Source of the DNA: Camelus dromedarius
Lineage: Eukaryota
Length of the DNA stretch: 64,000 nt
Reading direction: 5' to 3'
Assembly: GCF_036321535.1 (NCBI RefSeq)
Contig: NC_087436.1
Coordinates: 81,284,001 to 81,348,000 of the forward strand
In this document: positions 1 through 14,569 of the stretch, in pieces
Layout: every line of letters begins with the position of its first letter
Numbering within the stretch: position 1 is the first letter of the stretch
Program-made: the position numbers and the translations under genes
Notes under the pieces: generated by a model
What the model was told of the DNA's origin: nothing
The model's database searches: none
Seen by the model: the letters and a program-made list of their open reading frames with translations, nothing else

Positions 1-790
1 AGCAAGGCAACGGGGGTACGTCAGTTGGTCTCAGACCCCTGAGCTCACATTAGATAGCCAACGCATGTGTATGGTGTTTTACTCGATTGATATTCCTTCA
101 CTATCCATTTAAGCCATTTTATTATAAATAATAATGTTTTCTACCACTTCATTTTGAAATTCCTCACTTTTTCGATAACAAGATACCAGTAAGTGGTGTC
201 TGGTGGTAACAGCAGTAACATTTGCCTGAAAATGAATAAATGCTTTTTGCAACTAAGCTGTGTTCATGCAGAGAGCATTCAGTAAATCAACATAGAGTGA
301 TTCATGTGAACATTAAAATAAAACAGTATCTGGTCTGCTATGGCTCCCCAAATTGGCTTTGCCTCTGCAGTCAGGGTGATTCCAAGAATCATCGTCATGG
401 AAAAGAAGGACTTAACCAGGAAACAGGAAAGGATGGCTTCCAGGCAGAAGGGAGACCTGTGTAGAAGCAGCAGTTGGCATGATGCCTTGAGGCCCTGAAA
501 GGACCTGGGAGAGTTTCCTTTACCCAGAGAAAGTGAAAAGAGTGTACTGCAGATAAAAATAAATGAATCTAGAGAGATGTGTAGATGCCAGATATTGAAA
601 AACTTTTCATACCAGGTGCCTATGCACAGTCCATACAATCCACAGCCTCTGCTGCCACTTGCTCTGAGGTCTTCAGGAAAGTTCTTTCCTTCTACACCTT
701 GCCACAGGCCTTTACGGTCATGAAAACGTAGTTTGACCTCCTGCCATTGGGGGAAAAAGTGAGGGGTGGAGACCTGACACCTACTTCATT

Positions 791-843
791 ACACACACAC
801 ACATGCACGCACACGCACACTTGCACGCGCACACACACACACA
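791..843. repeat. Imperfect (CA)n / (CACG)n microsatellite
   Basis: acacacacacacatgcacgcacacgcacacttgcacgcgcacacacacacaca. Confidence 0.95.
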
Positions 844-3399
844 ATGCCCTTGTGCTTTATGTCCTAATTGAGAACAGCTTGGTCTTTGTGCACTACGAAT
901 CAGTTCCACGACCATGTCCTACTAAGGACTGGACCTTCCTTCAGACATCCCTTGAGAGTTATTTCATCTGAACCTTAAAAGAGATTTACTTAAAGAATGT
1001 TCATTTAGGGAGCAAAAACAGAGAAAGGTGACAGAGCGATAAATCATCTTGGCAGATAAAAATGAAAGCCCTTGATAAGGGCCAGCATATTTTAGAATAA
1101 GAGTTAGTTGTTTAAATTCATGATGAACTTTGCAGCCTAACTGCTGACATATTCCCTCTTTATAACCAAGAAGTCTGGTCCCATGTGGTTTTCTTCCTCT
1201 TCAGATATTTAACGTGAGATTCAGGTCTTGGCGTCTCCACAGACTCATGCTAATCGCTAGGGTTGTGGTGGCAGGTGAAGTTTCAGGGCCGGCACTACAC
1301 ACGTCTGAACCTTCCAGGATGTGGGTTCATGTATACTGATGTGTGGACTATTTATACTGACAGGAGTCTCCCAGCTGACAGTACCCTGGAGTTCTAGCTT
1401 TCCATTTCATTTGAGAGCCTGAGGCTGACTAATGAGGCCATTTTTGCAACAGGCTGTTAGAGGTAGAAACGGACGATGACCTTCCTTTTGAACTCCTCTA
1501 GTCATCTTTTAGTCTCCTTACCACTGCATCAAGGTGGCAAACCCAGGTTTCAGAGCTTCCAGCTTTAAAAAAATTCAAGCATTCTCCCTGGAGGAGAGCA
1601 TCATTCTTCCTGATATGAAAGGGGCAAATCTTTCTGATAAGCACAGTGCCCTTAAGCAGCCTTTAATATTTGACAATGATATCATAGAGATATTGACCTG
1701 AGAGTGAACAATAAATTATAAAAATACCCAGAAGCTCATGTCAGATGAATCAGAACAATTGATTTTCTTTTTAAACATGAGCTTGCCATGGGAAGTATTT
1801 TAATATGGCAGAAACAGGGCCAAGAAGCTGAGCTTTAGGATGAATGAGGCGTGGAAGATGAATTACAGGACAGGGTGCTATTTATGGAGAATTTAAAAAG
1901 CAAGTGTGTAGAGAGGTGGGGGAAGCAGGGTGACTAGTTGAAATATGGCGCCCCGTGAGGGCACATTGATATATGGTCCAGAGAAAACACGGAAGATGCC
2001 AAGAAGGAGCTGCGATTTACAGAGATGGTCTCTCCAAAGACCAGATAGTAAGTACACATGATATTTTTGTGACATCTCTTCATTATGGTTTAATATTAAA
2101 CCCGTCAGCCCCCTTAGCCAGGGACAGCTTTTCAACCATTGCAGGATCCATTATGGCAGAGTCACCAGCAAAATAGTCTGGAAGGACTGCAGGCTTTTAT
2201 TGCATCTGTCTCTGCAAAATCCAAAGCTGGCTTAGAATAGATGACTTCACTTTGAGTGGAACACCAATTACTAAAGGAAAGTAAGCATTAAGCATAACTG
2301 AAGTTTCTGAGGACAGGACAACCATAAAGTGATGAATGATTAGGAGTGGATTTAATATTGTACCGTGGGTGCAATGCAGAATCATTTGTCAACCACCAAT
2401 GGAATGAAGGTGGGCATTATGGGAGGCAATTGCTGGCATCCATCTTATCTTTTCATTTGTTAATAAAATGAATCATGAGAGTCACTCTTCCTACTCATCA
2501 TATTTTGTGAGCAGGTTGTTTATTAATATTATTAAATCTTTTCTTGCTAGTTTGAATAAAATGCTTTGGAAGGAATGCATTATGTTTAATATTGTTTTGC
2601 TCAGACCCATTTGTCAATATTTAATGTCTATTTTTTCTTCTATATTTTCTCGATTGTTTATAAGAATACATATTATTCTGCCTGCGTACACATGCACTCA
2701 AACACAACCCTCTCCCACTTCATTAGATTAGGTGATTTCCTTTTTTTTTTTTTTTAAGGCAATTTCCTTTTGTAGATGGTAAAACCATAACACAAAAAGG
2801 GAAAGAATTGCCTAAGCCCAGATACTGTTTTAACACCATAACAAAAACAAGATTGTCAAAATTAAACATAAAACCAACTATTAATCTGTCTTGTCATTTA
2901 GCTAGCTCTTACTGGTGACAGTATTTTCTTCTTTAGTGTACTTCTGCAAAATTTATCGGGTGATCATCCCCTTCCCATAAAAGAAAGACCTTATATGAAG
3001 TAGAACAGGAAAAGATTGAATGCCATGTTGTGGGGGCTGCAGAACACATTTCATTGTGCATGTGTCTTTGTTCAAAGTATAGATTTTGCAGATGTTAATC
3101 TCATCCTTCAGCATTCCTTATTTCTATGCCGGAACTTCTCCGGCCGAGCAGTCACCAGTTTGGTCCTGATGTCACCCACTATTGCTTTGTAGATCCCCGT
3201 GCCAGCCACACCAGAGGAAGCAAAGCATGAAGCCAGATACACAGGCTGTGTACTGCTTAGGACATTGCTCGTGTATACCAGTTGGTCAAGGAAAGAAAAA
3301 GCATGAATAGTATTTACCAAATTATTTCCTCTATTTCCCCTCCCCCTTGATGTCTCAGGCACCAAATATTCTTTTGTTACTTTATCCTTCTCTTCCTTT

Positions 3400-4858
3400 C
3401 TGTTTCTGTGCCCCTGCTTAGCCCAGACATTCATCCATTCACACCTCGATTACTGAAATGGTGCCCTGAGAGATTACCCTGAGGATTCCCTTGCCTCCAA
3501 AAATCATACACGAGTTGTCGTCATTGTTTTAATAATACCCTTCATTCACACAACTCCTCCCACTCCACCTCTCTACTCAGTTACCCTTGATGGCTCCCTA
3601 AAATTAAACCAAAAAAAAAAAAAAAAAAAGAAGAAGAAGAAGAAGAAGAAGAAGAAGAAGAAAGAAAGAAAGAAAAAAATCCTAGGCTTGAATTTAAAAG
3701 TTCTCTTGATCTACCTCCTACTTACTTCTCCATTTTCTCTTTCAGTATATCCCTGCAAGAAGTCTGTACTGCAGCTAAGCTTATCAGTCATTGTTCTACA
3801 ATTGGATCAACCCATCCTTCTAAGTCCCTGGAGTGGCTTCCTCCTTCTCTGCTTTTCTAAGCCCTACTCTTCCTCAAATGCCCAGCTGGAGTGTCAGCTC
3901 TTCCTCCAGGGCTCACCCCTTCTGAATTCCTGCACCAGCCTTCTGCCTTGCTGCACAGACTCAGCCGACTCATGGTTGGCATGCAGCTCAAACTTCAACT
4001 GTCCAAAATGCTACTCTTTGTGCACTCCCCTGCCACCACCAGTTCCTTTTTCATCCTCTTCTAGCTCAGAAGGTGGCAACACCATCCATATTTGACAGGG
4101 TCCCATTTTTCCTCATTTCTCACATTCAGCTCAGTTACAGTCTTATGCATTCTACTTCCAAAGTATATTTCATATTTTTTTTCGACTTTTCTTAATGCTT
4201 ACCACTATCACTGTGGCATAGGCCACCATCACTTGGAGTGCTGCAAGGGACTCCCATAGCGTCTCTTTTCCACTCAAGCACATTGTCCACTAAAGAGCCA
4301 TTAAAACAAACAGACAAACACTGTTTTATCCCTGCTTAGAAGGGTCCACATCCTTACCATGACCTGTAGCCTCGAATGACAAGGTCCACCTCTAACCTCA
4401 TCTTGGGCTCCTCTCCCTATGAAACATGCTCTAGCCACACTGGCCTCTGGGTGACTCCTACATACACCACTAACCAGGATTATTTTTTTAATTCCCTACA
4501 CTTGGAGCCACCTCTCCTATCTGTAGGCCTGTTTTTCTTGGGTGGCCCAGCTCTTAGCTTGAACTTCAGAGAGGCCTTTATTAACTACCCTAAATGATGT
4601 AGTCTACCACCCCATTATTTCCTATCAGAAAACCCTATTTGCTTCCCTCACAGCCTTGACTACAATGTCTACTTATTTGGACATTTATTTATTTACTTAA
4701 TATTATAGCCTTTTAAAAAAAAATCATCTGTTAACAATACTAGAATGTAAGTAAACTCAGTGAACTCAAGGACGAGGTCTGCTTGTTTATCTTTGTGTTT
4801 CCAGCACTTAGCACTGTGCCTGGTGACCAGAGATGCTCAGTATCAGGTAAATGAACGG
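3400..4858 (+). mobile_element. Degenerate L2 LINE fragments including 3' end
   Basis: Pyrimidine-rich L2-like segments ending 'tagaatgtaag...ccagcacttagcactgtgcctgg...gctcagta...aaatgaa', the typical L2 3' terminus. Interrupted by an A/GAA repeat. Confidence 0.65.
3611..3679. repeat. Compound A19-(GAA)10-(GAAA)n purine tract
   Basis: Read directly from the sequence. Confidence 0.97.
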
Positions 4859-6964
4859 ACACTCTTTGGGGACACAGGTTATTTTCCACTCCCTAGTGCT
4901 ATTACTTATCATTGTTGGAGAGTTTTTCTTATAACAGTTACTTCCCCAAAGTCTAGAAAAGTCTCCTACATATTCTTGAATTCAATAAAACTTCTATTGC
5001 TAATATTAATGAACTAGGACCTTTAAAATGTCAAATGAAGTATATGGGGTGTGGTGGGGGGTACATTTGTTAGGAACCAGCTTATTACTCCTTGAATAAA
5101 AATCTGAAAGCGTTAGGGAACTTTGATTGTGACTTTTAGTAGAGCCCTGCCGAAGACAACAGTACAGCCGTGTCAGAGGCTTGAATTAGCTGTGTAAAAT
5201 TTGTACAAGTTTATCTTGAATTCAGAATATCCTAAGGAAAACAGAAATATTCTCCTCTGGCTTGGCAAAGACATCTGTATAAAAATCTAGAGGCCAAACT
5301 TACGATGGACAGGTAATTTTCTGAAAAGGAAGAAAATTAGGGTTTTTTTTCTTTTTTCTTTTTTGGATGAACAGACCCAAAATTTAAGCTTGGGTGGGGG
5401 CAGGGAATGTAGATGACAGAGTCTTTCACAGGTGTCTCCAGGTGTCTCCAGGCTCATCTGCAATGAATAAGAGCAATAAGAAATGCACCAGAAATGTGCA
5501 CCAGTTAGGTAGGGCAAACTTGCACTTTTCTTCTTTGTTTTTCTTTTTATGTGTGTTAGAGGAAGAGAGGAGCTCTGGCTGAAGTTTTTTGGTAAAATGT
5601 CTTCCCAATAAATCATTTATAATAGTATCTTGAGAATGTGCATACATTTGAAATGAACAAACTCTGTCACTCTGAGAGAATAAATTCCATATGCTGCATC
5701 CATCTCCCTCCTTCATGTGGTATCGGGGCCCCTATTTCCCGTCCAACACTCATTAAGAGGCAATTGAGATTCCCTGGGATGTAGATGGAGCAATAACTTG
5801 ATAGGGTTTGCTGTCCTCATAGAGAACAATTTCCCTTGTAGGCTTTCCTGCTGGGCTGAGTTTCAGAATTCTTATTTATCCCTTTGCGGTGCTATTCGAC
5901 TTCATCTTATGAATAAAAAGCTTCTTAAGCTAATTCTTGATTTCCTAGGTTAATAATTATTGTGGCCAAATTCAATCCTAAGATTTCATGAGTTGGCCAC
6001 TGAGGTGAAATCACTTACTCACTTTTATTAAATTACCAAATCTGACCAGGGGATATATTGTATCTTATTCATGTCTTTCAGAACTGATTGTGTTTGTACT
6101 TTAGAAATAAGTCTGGAATATTGAAATCAAAATGAATACAAATAAGAGGGATTATTTATTTCAGTTAAGATAACATATTCAAAAAGACTTCCAATTGGGT
6201 TCTTCTGCAGAAGACATCCATAATACATTCAAAAGATTATTGGATTATTGAATTTTGAAAGTTAGCTTGTATCTTTATTGTTTGTATTTATTGATGACCT
6301 ATTCCTTGTATGTTTCTAAATCTTTTAGACAATTTACACATAAAAGCAAGAAAATGAAAAGAAAAATAGAACAGCAGTCAGTCAAAATCAGCAGAGAAAT
6401 GGATGCAGTGGCTGGAAACACCTTTTGCAATATGCTTCCCTCTATGTTGATCAGATGCAATATTAACTTGATAAGTAATTACATATATAAGATTGAGGAT
6501 TAGGTATTGTAGTAGAGGTGGAAAAAGTAGCTGAGGCACAACAATGCTATTAAATCACTTGTCTAACTAAGCATATTCAACCACTCAGTGACAGAGCTAG
6601 ATCCACACAGTTCTTCAGGAGTAACTTCTCATGATTCAGAATTGCTTCAGCAAAAATAAGATTTGCCTAGAGAGTCTTGACTTAACAAAACAAACCAAAA
6701 CTGAAGGGCTACAGGGCTTTGTTTTGGCTTACCTTGTCAGCCAGCAAAGGTTCTTCTTGAGCCCTTGGCATTGTTCCTGTGGTTTTTCTTTGGATATTTT
6801 CCCCAAATGAACAAACTCACCTTTGATTCTTAACACATTTAGAAAGATTCAGTGCAAAGGTCTTTAGCTGCTGGTTTTCAGCTTTATTTTCAAGAGATTA
6901 AATATTTAGCATATTTAAATGTGAAGCCTATGTTGTTTCTATGCTCAAACCAATAGTTAGAAAT

Positions 6965-7350
6965 ATTTCAGCATCTGCTGAGCTATTCTGTTTGCCTCTC
7001 CTTAGGCACCGCCCACCTGCTCTCTGCTCCAGTGGGCAGCAGTGAGGACCACCCCCCCACTCCCTTGTCCTATGCCTTTTGGTTGGAGTTGGCACACGAA
7101 AGACCTAATCAAGGCACTGGGTGGAGGGAGGAGAATAAGGAGTTTGTTACCCTGACTCCGTCACTGTGGGTGGTGGGCTGGGTGCGTTGCCTCCAGCTGG
7201 CCGTATCCTGGGGGTGGTACAGGCCTGGGGTAGTGCCTTTGTGGGTTTCCTACTGCCCAGTTATGCCTTTGGCAACAGTCTTTTTATTAAACCCTCCATG
7301 GATTACTCTAATCTGCATGTGCTGTTTCTGGCTGGAATCCTGAAATACAC
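6965..7350 (+). mobile_element. ERVL-class LTR fragment (LTR33-like)
   Basis: 3' end 'tttattaaaccctcc...attactctaat...tgtttctggctggaatcctgaaataca' has a poly(A) signal and terminal CA. Confidence 0.5.
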
Positions 7351-8108
7351 AAGTGGTTCTGTGCTGTATGTGAATTTTAGTCAGAAAAAAATGTCTTTAA
7401 ATCTGGACTCATAGGTATGCTTCATGGATTTGTGAACAAATCACTTAACCTTTATTTTTTTAATGGAATTTAAAGCACTTGATTCAGGAAGACTAAACTA
7501 GAGGGCTCAATGAAATCATTTATGTGTATGTAAAGCACCTGGCCCAAAGCAGTCATTTTCTTTTTTTTTTTTTAATTGTAATGCTGATTGAAGAGCTCTA
7601 TTTTCTTCTAAAGTGTCATTGCTATTTATATGTTGTGTGCTCCATCTTTAACACGTCTGAGTTTAATTTGGGCCTCATTGTCAAGTACTCGACTGAATTT
7701 ATAACTGATGTCAGAATTAAGAGAACTTCAGACGTATGTTCATTAGCCAAATAGCTAATGTCAAAAATATTTGGCTTTCCGGCTAGCCAGGGATGGGAGA
7801 TGGTGACGGAACTAGAGTTGATGGGTGAATAAGCAATAATAAACGTATGATTTCCTTTTTTATTTTTATTTTTTGCTAGGACATCCTCTTTTCCTCAAAA
7901 TAGCACAGATCATTTAGCTTACCCAATAAATTACTCTGTGCTTTTTTTGAGAGGAAAAAAGTGGAAACATAACAGTGCCTGGAAATTTCAGCTCCCCCTT
8001 TTTTTAGAATTCTATTTTTATACTCAACTCTCAATCCTCAGTGCTATTATTATCAGGCAGTAGTGATCTAGGTGATCTAAAGATTCTATATTTAATTCTT
8101 TAAGAGTT

Positions 8109-8139
8109 TATATATATACATATACATATATATGTGTAT

Positions 8140-8169
<30 letters not shown>
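8109..8169. repeat. Compound (TA)n/(CA)n microsatellite
   Basis: tatatatatacatatacatatatatgtgtatacacacacacatatatatatatatatata. Confidence 0.93.
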
Positions 8170-8170
<1 letters not shown>

Positions 8171-8574
8171 ACTGATACTATGATATATAACAGCAAAAGA
8201 TAACCCTTCTCCAGAAGTCATATTCAATCAAAAGTGTACACTCACCGAGCATGAGTGTGGAAATGATGATAAAATTCACATGGGTGGGATGAAGTTTTGT
8301 TTTTGTTTTTTTTTTTTTAATGTTGTGATTGTTTTAATTTTGCTAGCTTTGTAACTGGAAAGCCTGTACTATAGGGCATCTACATTTTGCCGGTTAGCTA
8401 AGGTGGAGAACGGATGCAGTGACCCTTTAGGAATATTGTGAAACAGGGATGGATGTTAAGGGAGAAGGAAGGAAGGAAGTTATCGGGGAAGGATATGAGC
8501 TGTGCAAAGCTGAAATAGCACATTTAATTTCGAGAAACTTAATGAAAAATTCTATGGAATATTTTTTTTAAAAG

Positions 8575-8880
8575 TCAGCCCTACACTGAGCACCCAGATT
8601 TTGGTTTCTAATACTATTTTCCAACAAAGAATCAGGGCTGTTGGGAAAAATGTCTGATTCTGGGACTGAGGCAGGAAATGTACAAGATGAACCTACAGCA
8701 TTATGTAGTGCCAGAAGGCAAAGCCGCGCTATTTAAAAACAAAAACATGATTATGCGGGTATGTCACAGGGACAAAATAACAACTGAAACAGCTCCCAGT
8801 AGATAAAACGGAAACAATGTAATGGAATAAATAAAGTAATATTGGATTGTAATCCAAACTATGAAATAAATGAGTTACGA
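8575..8880 (+). mobile_element. Old L1 (L1MC-like) 3' UTR fragment
   Basis: 'gagcacccagattttggtttctaatact...atgtctgattctgggactgaggcaggaaatgtacaagatgaacct...gtagtgccagaa' resembles L1MC-type 3' ends. Confidence 0.6.
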
Positions 8881-9499
8881 TGTATTACAGTATTATTACA
8901 TATTACAAATAAATGCTTAGATTCCAATCTGTAGAAAAATGCAGAAAGGAGTAGGGGTTTGAGAATGTTGTTTATACATTCAGCCTTCAGCGTCTGTCGT
9001 TTCAAGGATATCAAGCTGCTATTCTATTTCTGTCATTCCTTGCAGAGGACTCTGGTATTTCTCTTGCATTAGCTCTGATTCCCAGGTATTGTTATGAGAT
9101 GGTGCTTCCAACTGCATTTGACGGACGTCTTCTATGATCATCTAACTCTAAGTTATTACAGTCCTGTTCTGGGGAAAAAACCAAAAAACACAAAGCTGAG
9201 AAACTTTCAGTGCACCAATTTGATGCTTATTTGGTGATCAGAGTAAGGGAGCACATTTTTTACATCAATTTGCAGGAAAGGAAAGACTTCTTTCTCCATA
9301 CATTTTCACGATCAATTTGGTTTTTCTTTTATAGTTTAACAGAAGCATCTTGTTGGAGCTGATTATATAGAATTTGTGGGAACTGTTTTTGGAAAGTGAA
9401 GTTGAGACATGTATCAGAGAAACAAGAGGATTCAGGGTAGAATATTTGAAATTAGAATTCTTCAGAAGAGACCCGGAGGTCAGCTCATTATACGTATGA

Positions 9500-9720
9500 C
9501 ACAATAGTGAGGAGCTTGGGCTATTCATCCACATTGCCTGGGTTTGAATCCCGGCTCTGCCAGTGCTATGGCTTTGTGTCTTTGATTACTGTCTCAGTAA
9601 TTCTGCACCTTAATTTCATCATCTGAAAAGTGGGAATGATAGTAACAGTAGCTACAACAGTGCCTGACACATAGACAGCACTTACTAAAGGTTAGCTGCC
9701 ATTACTATCATTAGCAGTAG
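9500..9720 (+). mobile_element. MIR SINE
   Basis: 'gcctgggtttgaatcccggctctgcc...tttcatcatctgaaaagtgggaatgatag...cagtgcctgacacatag'. Confidence 0.8.
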
Positions 9721-10724
9721 CGTCAGTGTTACAGGAGAGCAAGGAAAAGCACCCTTATGACTTGTATTACCATATATAACTGATTTTTTTTCCTTCTCCA
9801 ACCTTAAGTGCTATCAACAACCGTGTCTAGAAATATGAAACTGCATCCTGCCTGTATTGCTAAGGCTTTTATAGGTACATGTCTATATTTTCTTCCAAAG
9901 ATGAAATTTAAGCAGTAGAACTCACTCATTAGGTATGGCAATAAAGCAGGTTGACCTCAGCTGTCGATTTTGCTTTCCAGGAAGAAAGTTAACCCAGTGT
10001 TCTCTTGACGTTTCCTCACTCATCTGTGAAGACTCTCATTTGTGTATCTGTCTGGGTATTATCTGCTTATTGTCCATATTGACCCAACACTTACAGGCTA
10101 ACGTTTTCACAATTAAAGTCCACTAAGTATTAGAGACTTTCCTTTTTCATGGACTCACATGTTTATGAGAGATATGGACATAGGAGTTCTTGGGGACTGC
10201 AGGTGATTTGTGCACTGGGACAGATACCTCTACAGGTTTTGCTTTGTGCTCGGAGCACACTTAAAATCCACCTACATTGTATAAAACATTTAATTATTTG
10301 ATGAGGGTTTTAGAGCCCTTTCCCTTGATAGTAGGTGTATAGAGAGGAAGCTTTTCTCAAAAATGTTTTAAAACATTTCAAAAGCAGAGATTGGGGGAGG
10401 CAAAGAAAAAATAACACCCTCTTTGTTTTAAAGGTGTTTTATTGTTTACTGTTTTGCAACTTTACTTCAAGTTTCTTCATACTGAACAGTACCTACTAAA
10501 TGGTGCAATTGTATTTCTGTTTGCTGCCCATGGTAATGTTGAAATAAGAGGAGGAATTATCAAGAAGATAGGATACTAGACTTATTCCCATTTATTCTCT
10601 CCTTTGAATAGAGAGCTCTTAAATAATTCCTGGTTGGGAGAAAGGTATTGACGTTCTCATCTATTCTAAAGAAAGCATATAAATCTATCACACAGCCTTA
10701 TGGTTTTAACCTCCAAAAATGTTT

Positions 10725-11370
10725 TAGATTGTTGTCTAGGGTAATTTTTGAGGGACCTAAAGCTTATACCATCTGGGAGTTGTATTTAGGAGAAAGAATA
10801 CAAAATTATGAATAAGAATTCAATGATTATTCTAGAATGAAAAAGAATTTACAACAAATTCCAAATTTATGACAACTGACAAATGCCCTCAAGCATCGCA
10901 AATCCAGAAATATAATGGTACTGTTACTTTCAAAATGCCTAATGCACCTTCTGTCCTACCTTAATTGATGGAGTACTCTTTGATTACTTTTTGATGACTA
11001 TTTTATAATACCATTTTCTACAGGGAGGATGAAAAGCTAATTCAGCCTTTCCTTAAACCACATGCATATATTCCATTAATCCTAAACTAAATGTATCACC
11101 AATACAAGTTCTCCTTTCCTGGATACCAAAAATGCTGGCAGCCACTCCAGTGTTACCTGACCCAAGGGAAAGTATGATGGTTGATTAACTGAAATGGGAA
11201 GAGGGGATTTAATAGACTGTGGCTAAAACATCTTAACTTTGTGAATTTTACAAATATATGACCATGTGAGCACCTTGACATAGTTCCTTCAGGACCCTGG
11301 AAGAGGGCTGTGCAATTGAAGAGCTTTGAAGCTTAAGTTTTATTAGTTTCATAATTAATTCCCCTCTGTT
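10725..11370. mobile_element. hAT-Tip100 non-autonomous DNA transposon (MER115/Zaphod-like)
   Basis: One end 'ggacctaaagcttatacc...gaaagaatacaaaattatgaata', other end 'gaagcttaagttttattagtttcata...attcccctctg'. Both resemble the recalled MER115-type ends. Confidence 0.6.
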
Positions 11371-12104
11371 TAAGGGACAAAGCAGTGATAGCAAATCGAC
11401 CTTTCCTTTCACCAACAAAGAAACACATTATATTATCCATGAGGTTTAGTCTCTTGGAGACTCCTAATTATTGGGTGACATTATTATGCCAAGATAAGGG
11501 TAAGAAGAAATTGTTTTCATTAAAAAATAATGGTTATATCCACTAGTTTTAGAAGTTTATTTGCTCTTTAAACTAGATATTTAACCACGGTTTAGTGTGC
11601 ACCACATTTTAAGTCTAAACTACCAATGTATTCCCAAGAAAAACTGTGAAAACATCCATGAATTATTTACTCACATACTTCAAACAGGCTGAATGAGTGT
11701 TTGTCTTTGTCTAATAGGTTATGTTTTGATCATAGACTAGTAACCTTGAACTTAAAACCCTTTTTATCTTTCACAAGAGCATTTAAATTTCCTAAGTCTT
11801 ATATTTTACATTAGGAGACAGAATCAATCAACACATTAATATAGAAATCACTTTAACTCTTAAAACATATCTTAGCCAAACAGAAAACAAATCCATTGGA
11901 ATTGAACTATGAAGAAGGGGTAAATTATTAATGGCTGATTTTTCTTCCCTGGTTGGGAAGTCATAGTTAGCCAAGATATTGCTGACACTCTGGACTTTAA
12001 AGAATCCTGCAGCCAACATCAGCATTACTTATGTATAAAGAAGCTGTGGTTCTTGGCAGCTACCTTCCACAGAGACCCTACCCCTTCCTGGCAGCATAAG
12101 GAAG

Positions 12105-12305
12105 TCCAGAGTATTAACTCCAAATCAGATCATATTGCAAATCCTGGCCCAGCTATTTACTAGCTGTGTCAATTTGGGGCAAACAAATTAATGTCTGATC
12201 TTCAACTTCCTCTCTATAAATGGGAATAGGAGAGCTGTAAGAATAATTCACAGTAATAAAGTACCTGGCTCTCCTGACACATATGACCACTTGATAAATG
12301 TTCAT
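12105..12305 (+). mobile_element. MIR SINE
   Basis: 'caaatcctggcccagctatttactagctgtgt...ttggggcaaa...ttcctctctataaatgggaata'. Confidence 0.7.
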
Positions 12306-14569
12306 TCTCTTCTTCCTTTTCTTAGTTTTCACCCTATTTCCTTTCCAAGTGAGCACACAACTTTATTCATAAATTATTGTATTCACTCAGCAAACGACTG
12401 TGATCATCTCCTACGTGCCAGGGCTTTTACCAACTGCAGGGGATTTGCAAAGCTGAATAAGACATGGTGCCCTGTCCCAGGAGTTCACACAGGCGAAGGA
12501 GGCGGTAAAAACTCACCAGAGTGTAATGTAATCAGTGTTGCCACAGGGTGTTCAGAATGTTCAGAATGAGAGGTCCCATTCTTTTCTGCTGCATGACCGA
12601 GCTCTGTCTTGCTTTTATTTCCAAGCATTCATTTCATGAGACATCATTTCATAATTTCTATTTCAGTATATCCGTCTTGTGTTTCTGTTACCTGACCCGT
12701 GTGTTGAGAGTTCCTCACTTCCATTCTCCACAGTCAAGCTGATGTCTGCTTTTATACACATATTTTCCATGCAGGGTAATAAAAATTAGATGAGTGGCCT
12801 CAAAACATTTTTTGACTGTGCTCTCTCAATTAAAAAAAAATAGAATAAACAGACCATATAGTCCAATGTAAATATAGCATTTATTTGCTTGTATGTTATA
12901 CATTTTTATTAATGTATTTTTATTACAAAACATGCAGAGTTTTTTTTAAGATTGGGTGATTAAATTAGGCACTCTGCTGTTAAGCGCCATATGAGTTCAT
13001 AAAAAATTACTTGTCTTACAAAATTGCTTAATAAAAATACTATGGCTCGAGTTTTCCCCTAGAATTAGGAACGATCACTCGAAACCTAGAGCAATCTGAA
13101 AACAGAGTACAGATGAGAATGAGAATAACCTTCATACAAATATTGGCACCTGTCATCACTGTCAGACAGTCATGCCTTTGCAGCCTTGAAGAGCCCAGGC
13201 TTGACTTCTTCCTTTGAGATGTAGGTATGGAAGGGTGCTTGCTTCTAATAAAGACCATCTTCACCAAAATTAAAAATATTTTTCCCAGGTGTAGGCTTTC
13301 CGTTGTTTTAAGTTAGGGGACATGTCTTATGCAGTTTCTACAACTGCACTTATACTTTAAATTATTAGTAAGCTGAGACGTTCTTAAGGATCCTAAATAA
13401 GCCACTATTGGAGGAAGGCTCCTGTAGATTTTCAGCTCCATTGTTAAGGTTTTCAAATATTGCTAAGGCTTTTCTTTAATTGTGAGAAAGCTTGTACCTG
13501 ATTTCTTTAAAACATTAACATTCTAGTAAGAAGTCATGTATGAACCAAATCTATTATTATATCCTACTGATACAGTCCCTCTATTTAACAGTCACATGTG
13601 AGGAAGTTCATGTCAAAGAGATGTATAGCAGAAGAGACTGTATCTTAAGAATAATAAATTTTTTGTGAATAATACAAAATATCTTAATTTAAGTGAAAGA
13701 GATATATTTAATATATGGCATTATTTTCTTTAACAGTTTATAAAAGTGATTATTTTGGTGATTATTATAACTGAGATTAATTATTCTCACAAAGGCAGTA
13801 TATACATGCTGTGCAATCAGCATATACCCAGGGCAAGGTCTAGCAACAAGAATAGCAGGTACATGTATGTTTCAAATAGTACTGTTATATTTTCAGTTTT
13901 TAGACTACTTCTTGTCAGATACAGTTAGATCCTTTCATCTTGTAATGTACCTGGTGGAATTGCCTTGTGCTTGAATGATGAGCATTGTCTTTAATCCTTG
14001 GTTTCTTGGAAGGAATCTTTGTAAGCCATCTGTTCATTTCATGAGGACTACTTTCTTAAAAATGATGCTCTAATCCATTGCTTCACTGAACCACATGCCA
14101 GTAAGCAACAATGTATTCAGTAATCCAAAGCTCAGAGACAATGGTAAGGCCTCTACTCTCAATTCCTTTGCCTTGTGAAACTCCTCCTCTTCCCTAAAGA
14201 GTCTCCGTCTTCAGTACGCAAAACTGACCATCTGACATACGCACTAAGCGAAAGTGCAGGGTCCATCACATGTTAAACAGTACTAATACTGGATCTCTTT
14301 ATTTTCATCTATGAAAATAATATAAAGTCAAGTTGTAATATTTTCTTCCATCCCCCATGGATTATCATGCTTAGCCCCTCTGACCATCAGCTCTAAACGT
14401 GATGGAGCACCTAGAACCCCACTGGCACTTGACCATCCTGTAGGGCCCCCCAGTTAGGGCCCTTGTGCTACCATTGCATGATGAGCAGGAGTTATAGAGG
14501 TTCTTCTGGCACTAAGTAAGACAATAGCTGTGTTTATTTGTTTAAAATATTATTCATGATACATGTTAA

